A stretch of DNA of 64,000 nucleotides, taken from Octopus sinensis. Its lineage: Eukaryota. Position numbers and translations under genes: made by a program. The stretch is from assembly GCF_006345805.1 (NCBI RefSeq), contig NC_043000.1, forward strand, positions 133,424,001-133,488,000, written 5' to 3'. The notes under the pieces are model-generated. The model made no database searches and had not been told where the DNA came from. It saw only the letters and a program-made list of their open reading frames with translations. Positions 51,621-64,000 of this stretch are shown piece after piece; position 1 is the first letter of the stretch; each line of letters opens with the position of its first letter.

Positions 51621-52475
51621 ATACAACGGGCTTCTTTCTGTTTCCGTCTACCAAATCCACTCAGAAGACAGAGACAGGTGAAGGAACAATAGACAAAATG
51701 TATTAGTTTCACGCTGAGGAAAACTGGAAAAGAAACATGGAGAGAAGAAAAAAACAGAGAGAGAAAGTAAAAACATGTCTGAATGAACGGTTTCACGTGT
51801 TGATTTGACCGGCTTCAATGATTTTATTATAAAACAAACTTACCGCTCTCTCCCAAAGGATATTGGTCGATAGCAGGGCGCGCCAACTTTTTGCAACTAC
51901 CAATCATTGTGTTACCTATCAAAGAAAGACGATATTTAACAATGAATAAAGAACTGAAGCTAAAAAAGAGAATCATAATTTAATAAATCGGTGATAGTGG
52001 AGCGGTGTGGGTAAGAAGTTGGTAGTGAATTCTTCAAAAGAAAGAGGAGAAGGAAGGATGACAGTGGATAGACTGATTCTAAGTGCAATGCGTCTAGTAA
52101 AAGACGGGATGGTCACGATTGGGATGCCTTTGATCTTTGTCCTACTTGACTGGAGGTGACTTAAGGACCAAAAAACAGCAGATGCCACTATAAAAACTTT
52201 TCTGGGTATCTTAAGCTGGATCGTTCAGAATTTGGCGTCTTGCTCACGACAACGATACTACTTATACTCATATACCAATAGAGAGAAATGGTGTTAATTT
52301 TAGCCAATTTCCGAGTTAAAGCCTGGTATTTATTCTAGTTAATTGCTCGAGTTAATCGAATTTTGTTTTTGTTGCTTAGCACCAGCTTTGAGCAGATCTA
52401 TGATCAAAGAAATACTCTTCATTAAAACATTCCGTATCCGTGTTTGTCTTCAAATATCGGCACTTCTGTGTATAC

Positions 52476-52516
<41 letters not shown>

Positions 52517-52524
52517 GCATTTAA

Positions 52525-52902
52525 GGCGGCGAGCTGGCAGAAACGTTAGCACGCCGGGCTAACGGTTTTTCGTCTGCCGTTACGTTCTGAGTTCAAATTC
52601 CACCGAGGTAAACTTTGCCTTTCATCCATTCGGGGTCGATTAAATAAGTACCAGTTACGCACTGGGATCGATGTAATCGACTTAATCCGTTTGTCTGTCC
52701 TTGTTTGTCCCCTCTGTGTGTAGCCCCTTGTGGGTAGTAAAGAAATAGGTATTTCGTCTGCCGCTACGTTCTGAGTTCAAATTCCACCGAGGTCGACTTT
52801 GCCTTTCATCGATGTTATAAGTACCAGTTACGCCCTGGGGTCGATATAATCGACTATCCCTCTTACCCCCAAATTTTCAAGACCTTGTGCCTAGAGTAGA
52901 AA
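52525..52902 (+). mobile_element. Dimeric family E SINE
   Basis: two body units with different tails; same layout as 58038-58429. Confidence 0.75.
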
Positions 52903-53177
52903 TAATAATAATAATGATAATAATAATAATTATTATTAGTTGTAGGAGTAGTAGTATTTAGTTGAAGCAACGGAGTGGTTCAGGGGACGAGAGTTTCGTG
53001 CGTTGGTACTTATCAAAAGTTTGATAAGTGCTAATGCAAGAAACTCTCGACCCTTGAATCGCTGTTACTTCTGCTAGATATTAATTAAAAAATTAGATAC
53101 TTATACTCATATTTTGAATTTTATTCTTCCTGTTTGCATCAGTAAACCTCCTTTGTGTGTTAGTTTGTGTGTGTGAT

Positions 53178-53597
53178 ACTCTTTTACTCTTTACTCTTTT
53201 ACTTGTTTCAGTCATTTGACTGCGGCCATGCTGGAGCACCGCCTTTAGTCGAGCAAATCGACCCCGGGACTTAATCTTTGTAAGCCCAGTACTTATTCTA
53301 TCGGTCTCTTTTGCCGAACCGCTAAGTGACGGGGACGTAAATATACCAGCCAGCATTGGTTGTCAAGCAATGTTAGGGGGACAAACACAGACACACAAAC
53401 ACATACACACACACATATATATATATATATACATATATACGACAGGCTTCTTTCAGTTTCCGTCTACCAAATCCACTCACAAGGCATTGGTCGGCCCGGG
53501 GCTATAGCAGAAGACACTTGCCCAAGATGCCACGCAGTGGGACTGAACCCGGAACCATGTGGTTGGTTAGCAAGCTACTTACCACACAGCCACTCCT
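53178..53597 (-). mobile_element. SINE family A copy
   Basis: near-identical to 15187-15605. Confidence 0.8.
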
Positions 53598-53606
53598 ATA
53601 TATATT

Positions 53607-53688
<82 letters not shown>

Positions 53689-53694
<6 letters not shown>

Positions 53695-53971
53695 ATCACG
53701 TGACCGACCGGGCTATCAGATGCTGCAACACATCGCTGGTCACATGCGCTTCGCATTGTTTTAGCCTTCAAATGACGCCATCCTGCTGCCTAAGCGAGCA
53801 GGCCAACAGAAGAAAGAGTACAACAGGGGTCGCCGCCACCCCCTGTCAGAGCCTCAAGGAGCTTTTAGGTGTTTTCGCTCAATAAACACTCACAACGCCC
53901 GGTCTGGGAATCGACACCGCGATCCTACGCCCGCGAGTCCACTGCCCTAACCACTGGGTCATTGCACCTCC
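53689..53971 (-). mobile_element. tRNA-derived SINE
   Basis: minus-strand box A/B head at about 53900-53971. Confidence 0.65.
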
Positions 53972-54219
53972 ACATACACACACACATATAAACAGCGTGC
54001 AACACGAGACGGAACTCAGAGTGGACTGTCAAGTATTGATATAATAAACATAATTATCCACTCTACCCAACGTACTGAGTTCTAAATGAGATAATGTTTG
54101 TCCTATGTGAAAGCGTCATCTATTTTAATTCGCTGGTAATTCACTACTTCCACTCGACCTCCCGGTACCCTTCATATCCGGTTAAATTAATTTACTTTTG
54201 CAAATTACCAGAGAGAGAA

Positions 54220-54340
54220 TGACGTAAAATCCTGTGCGTGATTCATAAGAAGACACCTCTAGTTATAAATAGAGATATCACTTAACTGGAGGAAAATCAA
54301 CTGGCTGGGCATTACGTCAGCTTTAGGAAAACTGACGTAA
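54220..54340. promoter_or_regulatory. Three TGACGTAA (CRE/ATF-like) sites, one AP-1-like TGATTCA and TATAAATA
   Basis: 54220-27, 54312-19 (reverse), 54333-40; 54239-45; 54264-71. Confidence 0.35.
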
Positions 54341-54737
54341 TGTTTGTATTCATATGCTTATGACCTTTTTTTCGGCTTGGCTTAATGAATAGCAAATATA
54401 GATTCAGATATTCTGTTACATAATCTTGTGTCTTCCATTCAATTTCGTCTTTTTCTCATACGTCAACAATTGCATATCTTTATATTCTCGTATATTCTTG
54501 GTGTTACTATAGCGTGCGATCTGTCGGTACATTATTTTACTACAACGTGCGTCTACAAGTACATTTTAAAAACTATAATGCTAGGTTTACGAGGCCATCT
54601 ACCTTATAGTATGCAGTCTAGCGGCAGTGGAGTAACTAGAGGGTGTACCGAACAGGCAGTCCTTGAGTTTGCTCCACCTCCCAGCTTATACAGTGAGTGC
54701 CGCTTGTAGAGTAAATTGTGATCTTCCCATATCTATC

Positions 54738-54776
<39 letters not shown>

Positions 54777-55869
54777 ACACAGGTCTATAGCAGAAGTACT
54801 AAGACTATTTCTTTACTACCCGCAAGGGACAAACGGATTAAGTCGATTATATCGACCCAGTGCGTAACTGGTACTTATTTAATCGACCCCGGAAGGATGA
54901 AAGGCAAAGTTGACCTCGGCGGAATTTGAACTCAGAACGTAGCGGCAGACGAAATACCACTAAGCATTTCACCCGACGTGCTAACGCTTCTGCCAGCTTA
55001 ATAACACACATACTTGTCTTCCATGTTATCAGTACCATTTCAACGTGGGCTCAATATCGGTTTCACTTTTTGGCACAAGGCCAGCAATTTCGGGGAAGTG
55101 GGTAAATTTGATTACATCGACACCAGTTCACAACTGGTACTTATTCTATCAACTCCGAAAGGACGAACGACAAAGTTGACCTCGGCGGAATGTGAACTGA
55201 GTATGCAAAGACGGACAAAATATCGCTCAGCATTTTGTTCGACATGCTAACGATTCTTCCACCGCCTTATGCAAGCTCAATATTGAAACTCCTTTCTTTC
55301 TTTTTTTTTTACCTCACTGCCTTCTGGGACATAGTTGATTACGTCAACACCTGTATTTATTTTCTTAACCATGGAAAGATAAAAGCAATGTCAAAGTGGG
55401 ATTCGAACTTTGAACGTTACTGACTCCCACTGCGTATTTATTCTGATATCCTATCGTTACTACCATCCACCTCGTCATGAATACTATTATTCTTTTTGTC
55501 AGATAAAATAGAACATAGTAAAAAAGAAATCAGGAGAATTTAAGGATCTTTGTGGTTATCGTCACTGTCTACAGTTTTGTTCCAATTGTTTTCAAATTTG
55601 GTATATAGATTAAGCTTTGTATACTAATCATGAAAATGAAATTCATTTTCTCAATAAATTTATAATTAAAAAGTTATTAGCTTTTAAACTTTGCAAAATT
55701 TGGGTATTTTAGCCATTCACAAGCGAGTATTTTACATATCACCGTGAAGTTCTGTTAGCATACTAAGCAAAGAAGCACCACGTGTTCCATAGCTGGTTGT
55801 GAAGAACTCCGTTTCCATAGTGACCAAAGATGCTGCGCATGCACACAAAGAGTGTAAACAAGGCCTGCA

Positions 55870-56696
55870 TACTACACTCAGTTCTTCCAGGAACTACTAT
55901 CTTCAGTGACCTGTGATGAGCATATCCCAGAAATTGTGGGCTTTGATTTCAAACATAGAACTGTGAACCATAGCATTGGATTTATAAACTCAAAAGATGG
56001 GACTCACACTCAACAAATTGAGAGTACCTGGGCGTCTTTAAAGCGTGGAAACAAACATCGGTGTCGGACATACCGTTCCATGGTTGACTCTTATCTTTGT
56101 GAATTTATGTGGAAAAAGAGATGTGAGAATGATAATTTATTTTATAAAATCCTAGAGTGTATTGCAAACTTTCGCTCTTGAATTTTTTAAACTAGTAAAT
56201 GTCTGTTTTAAGCAATGTTTTGACAGTTATTTCTAGCAACTCCTGCTGGTTTGCTCGTAGCTTTTAAATATTTAATTTGCTCGCGAATGTTTTAATGTTT
56301 TTCACTGTTTACTTTGCTCGTGTATATTTTAATGTTTTGACAGTTATTTCTAGCAACTCCTGCTTGTTTGCTCGTAGCTTTTAAATATTTAATTTGCTCG
56401 CGAATGTTTTAATGTTTTTCACTGTTTACTTTGCTCGTGTATATTTTAATGTTTTGACAGTTATTTCTAGCAACTCCTGCTGGTTTGCTCGTAGCTTTTC
56501 ATATTTAATTTGTTCGCGAATCTTTTAATGTTTCCCACTGTTTACTGGAACTACTTGAATGTTTTGATATGCCGTTGCACCCCCCCCCCCACCGCTTTCT
56601 CGCTACTGTGACAGATGATGGAAGAGACGGCAGACGCGCTGATTTCTGTTTGGCTGAAAATTCTGACTATCATTATCAAACTTTGACACCTGTACC
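55870..56696 (+). mobile_element. Merlin (IS1595/ISXO2-like) transposon 3' remnant
   Basis: VLPGTTIFSD, HRTVNHS, GTHTQQIESTW, YLCEFMW; probable right TIR reading GGTACAGGTGTCAAAG on the minus strand ending at 56696. Confidence 0.75.
56214..56545 (+). repeat. 117-bp minisatellite, about 3 copies, inside the Merlin element
   Basis: gacagttatttctagc at 56222, 56339, 56456. Confidence 0.9.
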
Positions 56697-57504
56697 GTTT
56701 TCACAATTTTTTTTCTGGAAAAAATGAATAACAAATTCGGATTCAGCGTCAAAAATTACATTTATATGATACATTATATATATTTTTTAAAATTTCGACA
56801 TGCAGTGACAATAACCACAAAGATCCGAATTTAGTAAATTTTGTTTTTTAAAAAGAATAAGGTAAAAGAAATCACAACAAAATTTGCAAAACAATGACTT
56901 ACCTTTGTTGAAGGAATCATAACCGAGAGCGCAAACTTCGGACATTTCACAACATTGACTTGTGGTCAAGCATTGTCCACCGGACGGTACACACTAGAAA
57001 ATAATCGCATAAACAAAAATTATCTTTGATTTATATATTTTGTGACTGTATACGCCATTGTAATTTTGTACATCAATGACGGTTTCAAATTTTGGCACAA
57101 GGCCACATACATCAATAATAAAAATGAGATAGGGAACATTTATTATGTTTTATATGGAATTTACAATGGGTGTCTGATTAAGAAGATTGCTTTGTAAACA
57201 TGTAGTTTCGGGTTCGATCCCGCTGTACGGCATCTTAGTCATGTGTCTTCTATTACAGCCCCGGGCTGATCAATGCTGTGTGAAGAATTGGGTAGACGGA
57301 AACAATGTGGGAGTCTATCCTAATCCATCTTTTACTTGTTTCGGGCGTTGGATTGTGGCCATGCTGACCTTGACGGATTTAGTCGAACAAATCAATCTCA
57401 GTTCTTATTTTTTAGGACTGATGCTTATTCTGACTATCATTATTGCCGAACGGCTAAGTTACGGGAACGCAAGCAAACCAACGGTGATGTAGGAACAAAC
57501 GAAT

Positions 57505-57542
<38 letters not shown>

Positions 57543-58037
57543 GCGCATGCACACACATACACCCACACGCACACACAGAGGCACGCATAACACATATATG
57601 TGTGTGCTTGCGTTTGTCCCCACACCACTGTTAATTTGTTTGCATCATCGTAACCTAGCGGTTCGGCAAAGTGACCATTAGATTAAGTATCAGGCTGTAA
57701 AAAATAAGTACGATATGTTCGACTAAACACGTCAAGACGGTGCCCCAGTATCGTTACTGTCCAATGAATGAAACAACTAAAAGATGGATCGTACGTAAAT
57801 TCCACTAATTTTTATACTTCCATTTATCGTTTCTAGAAGCACACGTAGCTCTTCTAGAACAGATGGATGGTGTGGATAAACGGGAGGTTTGTGACGTGTG
57901 AAAACATAACAAAGGAAAAGTTGCTTTAATTATGTAACTCAGATATGAGAGGCGGTCCCCATAACTTCTCCAAGTTCATGCAAAATGGTGAGGTCATCTC
58001 GAGGTTTATGTTCAGTAGATTACTGTCAGCAGAGAAA

Positions 58038-58429
58038 GGCGGCGAGCAGGTAGAATCGTTAGCACGCCAGGCGAAATGCGTAGCCGTATTTCGTCTGCTG
58101 TTACTTTCTGAGTTCAAATTCGCCGAGGTCAACTTTGCCTTTCATCCTTTCGGGGTCGATTAAATAAGTACCAGTTACGCACTGGGGTCGATATAATCGA
58201 CTTAATCCGTTCGTTTGTCCTTGTTTGTCCTCTCTGTGTTTAGCCCCTTGCGGGTAGTAAAGAAATAGGTATTTCGTCTGCTGTTACGTTCTGAGTTCAA
58301 ATTCGCCGAGGTCGACTTTGCCTTTCATCCTTACGGGGTCGATTAAATAAGTACCACTTGCGAACTGGAGTCGATCTAATCGACTGTCCCCCTCCCCCAA
58401 AATTTCGGGCCTTGTGCCTAGAGTAGAAA
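58038..58429 (+). mobile_element. Dimeric family E SINE with 21-bp TSD
   Basis: agattactgtcagcagagaaa at 58017-58037 and 58430-58450. Confidence 0.85.
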
Positions 58430-59029
58430 AGATTACTGTCAGCAGAGAAAACGTTGGACAGGAGTGAATTTCAGGGGATTACATTTCTATAAACGATTGT
58501 CAGAGTGAGGATACGACACAGCAGGGATAACAAGAGGAAGTAAGGAAAGTGCTTAGAGCAATCAAAGGAGAGAGAGGAGGTACACGGCTGACTTATTTGA
58601 AGAAGCAAGACCTATTGTAGGAACTGTAAAAGATGAAAACACAAGAAACTATAGAACTGTGTGCTAGAAGTTGTAGTGTGTTGGTGAATGGGTGTTTGAC
58701 AATCAGCTAGATGACCTCTTTTGTGAGGCGGAGTGGGGTGAGACCGATGCTGCCAAGAATATTAGTTTTTGTGGGAGCTGCTTTACCAAGATCTTGGGGG
58801 ATGCAGGGGGGCAAGATCGAAATACTCTACCAGGATTACAACAGCTAAAGTTTTTCCTACTTTGAAAAAAGTCTAGCTCTGAGGATCTAATTTGTGGTTT
58901 GTTCTAGATGCGTAGTCATCTAATATTAACACTACAAATTATAAAGAGTATAGAGGTTTAATTGGATGGTGTTCTCAAAACAAAAAGTATTGAAAAGGTG
59001 TTCATTTGATATTTCCAGCGAAGAGCTGC

Positions 59030-59330
59030 ATGCGTGCACGCTCCAGCCAGCAGCTTCCTGTCTTATAGCCATCAGTTGCATGCGCTGGTACGGAAATGTT
59101 CTCCGCCTACTGCCAGATCATTTTACCAGGGTCTTACTCTTGTTCGATGTATCAGCTGCAGGCTGGAAGTGACCCTGTGGTAGACCCCGCGGCAGGCTCT
59201 GCACCAGCTGGCTGGACGTGATTGAGCAAGATCTCCAGAGACTCGACAACGTCTTGGGGAATGCAAGGGGTAGGATCGAAACCGCCAGCGATGGGGGAGG
59301 GCACTTGTGGATCTGGTCAGCTTTACGCAT
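59030..59330 (+). pseudogene. RTE-type LINE C-terminal fragment
   Basis: RWYGNVLR...GWK*PCGRPR...WLDVIEQDLQRL. Confidence 0.7.
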
Positions 59331-59386
59331 GACGATGCCTCTAGGATCGGTAACCAGAGAGACGGGGAAAGAGAGTGAGAAAAAGG

Positions 59387-59428
<42 letters not shown>

Positions 59429-59590
59429 AAGAGAGATTTTGTTTCGGTACAGCATTAATGTTCTGAATGGAAGATATTTTCAAAGTCTCTGTTGCTAAGT
59501 GATCTGTAGAAGTAAAGGGGGTGGGGGACACAAAAATAGCACACCACACGTATGTATATATGTATGTATGTATGTCATTATATAATAATT

Positions 59591-59838
59591 AATGCGTCCT
59601 TTTAAAGCCTAGCCAGGCTCATGAGCCCAGTTTTCCGGTTTCTATGGCGTATGTGTTCCCCAGCTGGATGGGACGCCAGTCCATCACCGCGTTACTCATT
59701 TTTGCCAGCTGAGTGAACTGGAGCAACGTGAAATGAAGTATTTTGCTCAAGAACACAACGCATCGCCCGGTCGAGGAATCGAAACCACAATCTTACGATC
59801 ATGATGCTAACACCCTAACCACTAAGCCACGCGCCTCC
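59591..59838 (-). mobile_element. tRNA-derived SINE (family C variant), CpG-intact
   Basis: reverse complement matches 5725-5965. Confidence 0.75.
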
Positions 59839-59844
59839 ACATGT

Positions 59845-60331
59845 ATGTCATTATTCAGTTTTATTTCAAGATTTCTTGCCAATGAAGAAAGAGTCAGTGT
59901 CTGACTAGAGCCAAGTATCCTTCATTGGCATTTCAATTTTTGTATGTATGTATATGTGCAGATTTATATGTTTTGTTTTAGTATGTATTCTCATATACAT
60001 AGTTGCATATATATACTTAAATGATAAACTTCACACATTTTTACAGTTGCAATGACAGCTTGGATTTGTAGTCTTCGAATCAGCTTTTTCGTTTCTGGTT
60101 TTAAGAAGCCTAATTTCTCAAGATTGGTATTTAGGCAGTTTGTCATATATCCCAGGGCCCTAATAATTACAGGTATAAACCTAAACTTGTAATCTGGATA
60201 GAATAACTGCAGATTTCTCAATAGTTCAGCGTAGGTATTCTCTTTTTCACTGATCTTCAACTTTATGTTACATCCACTGGGTAACTAATTTCCACAACTG
60301 TGCGTAGTTTCTCTTCTCTATCCCAAATCAT
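59845..60331 (-). mobile_element. 5'-truncated RLE-type (R4/Dong-like) LINE 3' end
   Basis: MIWDREEK..VVEIS, KENTYAELLRNLQLFYPDY.F.FIPVII.ALG; homologous to 50750-51060. Confidence 0.75.
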
Positions 60332-60443
60332 GTATGTATGTATGTATGTGTATGTATGTATGTATGTATGTATGTATGTATGTGTATGTATGTATGTATG
60401 TATGTATGTTTGTATGTATGTATGTATGTATATATGTATGTGT

Positions 60444-60752
60444 GGAGGCATATGGCCTAGTGGTTAGCGTAGCGGACTCGCGGTCGGAGGATCGCGGGTT
60501 CGAATCTCAGACCGGGCGATGTGTGTGTTTATAAGCGAATCACCTAAGCTCCACGCGGCACGGGCAGAAGGTAATGGCGAACTTCTGCTGACTCTTTCGC
60601 CCCAATTTTCTCTCACTCTTCTCTCCTGCATCTTGCAGCTCACCAGCAATGGACCGGCGTCCCGTCCAGGTGGGGAACCTATACGCCAAGGAAATCGGGA
60701 AACTGGGAAACCGGCTGTATGAGCCAGGCATGGCTCGAGAAGGAACAAACAT
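60444..60752 (+). mobile_element. tRNA-derived SINE, CpG-intact
   Basis: same family as 9660-9965. Confidence 0.8.
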
Positions 60753-61139
60753 CTTTTTAGTTCAGTTTCTTCTCGAGCTGACTTTATCCCTCCCATGCTT
60801 TCCACACTCCCAGAGTTAATAAATTAAATCCTCTACAAATTTGTAGTTTTCTAACAGAATAGAGTATATTAACTTTTACTCTCTGTTTGATCGAATCTTG
60901 GTGGAAATAACAACAGAGCTTGAGTATATAGATGTCTTACAGTATTTAAAATCTCTCCGAGATTAGCGTTACTTAACCCTCTGCTACTCTTCAGAGTAAG
61001 TAAAACAAATTCCATTAATATACTGGGAACGATCCCACTGATCGATCGGATTTTCGCCTTGGTCCAAACTTGTGCAGTCAGGAAAATCTATATTTATATC
61101 ATTGTGTGTCTATAACTGTACATTTGTTTGTCTGTATGA

Positions 61140-61170
<31 letters not shown>

Positions 61171-61204
61171 TGTATGTATGTATGTATGTATGTATGTATG
61201 TATG

Positions 61205-61238
<34 letters not shown>

Positions 61239-61603
61239 TGTATGTATGTATGTATGTGTATGTATGTATGTACGCATATGTGTGTATGTGTGTGTGAAAG
61301 AGAGAGCGAGGGAGAGAGAGTGAAAGAGTGTGTGCGTGTGTGTGTGTGTGCCTTTGTGGGATAAATATGGATTGTAAATAAATATCAGTGTATTAGGAAT
61401 TTTCTCACACTCAGTATCATACAATACTTATTGAATATATTTCGGACTGTTACAGTAAAGAGGAAAAAAGGAAGGAGAGAGAGAAGGAGAGAGTGAGAGA
61501 GGGAGGGAGAGAAGGAGGGAGAGAGAGTGTGTATATGTGCGCGCGCGTATGAAGTACATTTCGTTTGGATTAAGACATCTATATATATATATATATATAT
61601 ATA

Positions 61604-61987
61604 ACTAGCAGTATCGCCCGGCGTTGCTCAGGTTTGTAAGGGAAATAACTATAAAGCATTTTTAGAGAGTTATAGCCAAAAAATAGCAAAAAAATGGAAA
61701 AAAAATGATGGTAAATTTTTTTTGAGAGTAAAAAAGGTTGAGTTGCGTCCCCTAGACAGTCTGTGGTTTGTTTTTTTTGATTCTCGACCCCATGTCGAAT
61801 TTATCGATTTTTTCAGAACTGGGGGAACTTTTCAAATTTTCGCTGCGTTAGTTTTGAATTATGACATTGGCTATGTGTGTGTCAAGTTTCATCAGAATCG
61901 GTTGAAAGCCGTGGTCAGAGTGAGGGTACGAGAAAACAGACACACAGAAACACGCACAGACAAACTGCCGTTTATATAGAGAGAGAT
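61604..61987 (+). mobile_element. Non-autonomous Helitron-like element
   Basis: ends shared with 20006-20389, interior different. Confidence 0.5.
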
Positions 61988-62361
61988 GTATGAATGGTAT
62001 TACGTTGTGGAGAAATAAAGCCAAAACACGATTTACACATTGCGTTCAAGAGTGATTGATCTCTAACACACACTATACAATCATTATTTCTATATTATAT
62101 ATAGGGTAGTTTCATTTAGTTTCATTCAGTAGTTTCCATTTATTGACGTGGCGTGTCGAAATTTTATTGGAGAGCAAAATGTTTCATTGGCAGATTAGTG
62201 TTTATATTTAAAGCAAGATGTGTATATTTTCGGCCATGAAAATAAGAAACCAGGGGTGAAATAATGAAGCGTTAAACTGAATATTTTTTACGAGATTTCT
62301 TCAAACTAAGCGTTCATAAAACTTACATTTCACAAAGTTTCCCAATAGTTCGTGAAACCGT

Positions 62362-62495
62362 CCATTCTTGTAGTATAATTCCACTCACAAGACGGATACA
62401 GTAAAGACCCAGAACTAGGCTAGTACTTCCATTCTTGTAGTATAATTCCACTCACAAGACGGATACAGTAAAGACCCAGAACTAGACTAGTACTT
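62362..62495 (+). repeat. 67-bp tandem duplication
   Basis: 62362-62428 and 62429-62495, 1 mismatch. Confidence 0.9.
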
Positions 62496-62986
62496 CCAAT
62501 TTATTTGCGCCGGGAAGATGTAAATTTAAAGTTGAACTCGGCGGGATGTGATTGTCCAACAAACTTAGAATGTTCGTCACTAAATACCGTCTCACTAGCG
62601 ATTCTATCAAACCAGCATAGAAAATAAACTAGAATCGTTTAGAAATAATGTTGTTTTGATCATGGTCCATTTCCTTAATGTGAATTAATTTTGTGAATTA
62701 AAAAGAAAAAAAAAGCAGGTAGGCGGGCTTTATAGAGGACATCATGTTGCCTGGCAGCAGTTACAGTTCGTACCAGTTTAGATCTTCTTTTGCAGCGAGA
62801 CATCTTAAAGTAGACATTACAGTTCTTAACTATTTCGATATTTCAACCGATTACTTTCGTAAATTATAATAAAAGTATATCGCTCTCTTTATCACTAACC
62901 ATCAGTCAGTCAGCCTGTCTGTACTAGCACACACACCACACACCCACACACGCACGGAAGAACACAGAATTTAGTTTATACATACC

Positions 62987-63219
62987 TATTTCTTTACTAC
63001 CCACAAAGGGCTAAACACAGAGAGGACAAACAAGGACAGACAAACGGATTAAGTCGATTATATCCACCTCAGTGCGTAACTGGTACTTATTTAATCGACC
63101 CCGAAAGTATGAAAGGTAAAGTCGACCTCGGCGGAATTTGAACTCAGAACGTAGCGGCAGACGAAATACTGCTAAGCATGTCACCCGGTGTGCTAACGAT
63201 TCTGCCAGCTCGCCGCCCT
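62987..63219 (-). mobile_element. SINE family E with 19-bp TSD
   Basis: aatttagtttatacatacc at 62968-62986 and 63220-63238. Confidence 0.85.
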
Positions 63220-64000
63220 AATTTAGTTTATACATACCACTTCGAATTATCGTGGCGTTTCTTTGATTTATGTAGTTTCTGCTCTCGGTCACAAATGGAC
63301 CCACTTCTCAATTTCGTCTTTGTATTGGACGATAAATATCTCTCAATACTCTCAATACTCCTAATGTCTGCTCCCCACTTTTTTTAATGATAAAATTAAT
63401 GCTATTAGATAAAATTAATGCTATTATTAACGGAAACGTAAAGGCGGCGAGCTGGTAGAACCGTTAGTTAACCGGACAAAATGCTTGGCGGTATTTCGTC
63501 CGTCTTTATGTTCTGAGTTCAACTTCCGTCAAAGTCGATTTTGCCCTTCATCCTGTCTTGGTCGATAAATTAAGGACTAGTGAAACACTAGGGCCGATGA
63601 AATCGACTAGTCCCCTCTCCCAATTATAATAAAAGTATATTAGACTGTTTTCTGTGTTCCTCCGTGTGTGAGAGTGTGTGTGTGTGTGTGGTGTGTGTGT
63701 GTGTGTGTGTGTGTGTGCTAGAGACAGACAGGCTGACTGACTGACGGTCAGTGATAAAGAGAGCGAAGAAAACAATCTAATTGTAGCATAACTGCAGTTG
63801 TATAACGGTTAAGTGAGGGCAGAAATATCAGATGTTAGAAATGGTGGTATATGCGAATTCAACAACGTAAGTCAGTGAGCGACTGTACCTGTAACAATAA
63901 TAATAATTCCTAAGAATATTTCAGTCAATCTAATCAACCCCTGCGCTCAGCTATACTATTTTATCGCTCCACAAAAAGTTGGATGACAATGGTAACCCTG

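Overview
AT-rich, microsatellite- and SINE-dense animal DNA. The repeat families look like those of octopus (coleoid cephalopod); this species call is an inference. Bases 1-24.5 kb hold the last 12 coding exons of a + strand PDIA5/PDIR-type ER protein disulfide isomerase. Spliced by hand (all GT-AG, phases consistent) they give 431 aa ending in KEEL. The protein has a canonical WCGHC thioredoxin domain followed by two further domains: one with no CXXC and one with CSNC. One exon is a 13-nt microexon (13530-13542). The rest of the window has no recognisable host coding gene. It is a mosaic of SINEs, CR1-, RTE- and RLE-type LINE fragments, Penelope-like remnants, maT, Merlin, piggyBac-like and Helitron-like elements, with many fold-back structures. 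The strongest unusual signal is a 486-bp tandem duplication in a PDIA5 intron. Each copy carries a sense-strand minimal hammerhead ribozyme (Penelope type) inside a 119-bp hairpin, which resembles a retrozyme/circRNA unit. All alignments, folds and family calls were done by eye, without database searches.
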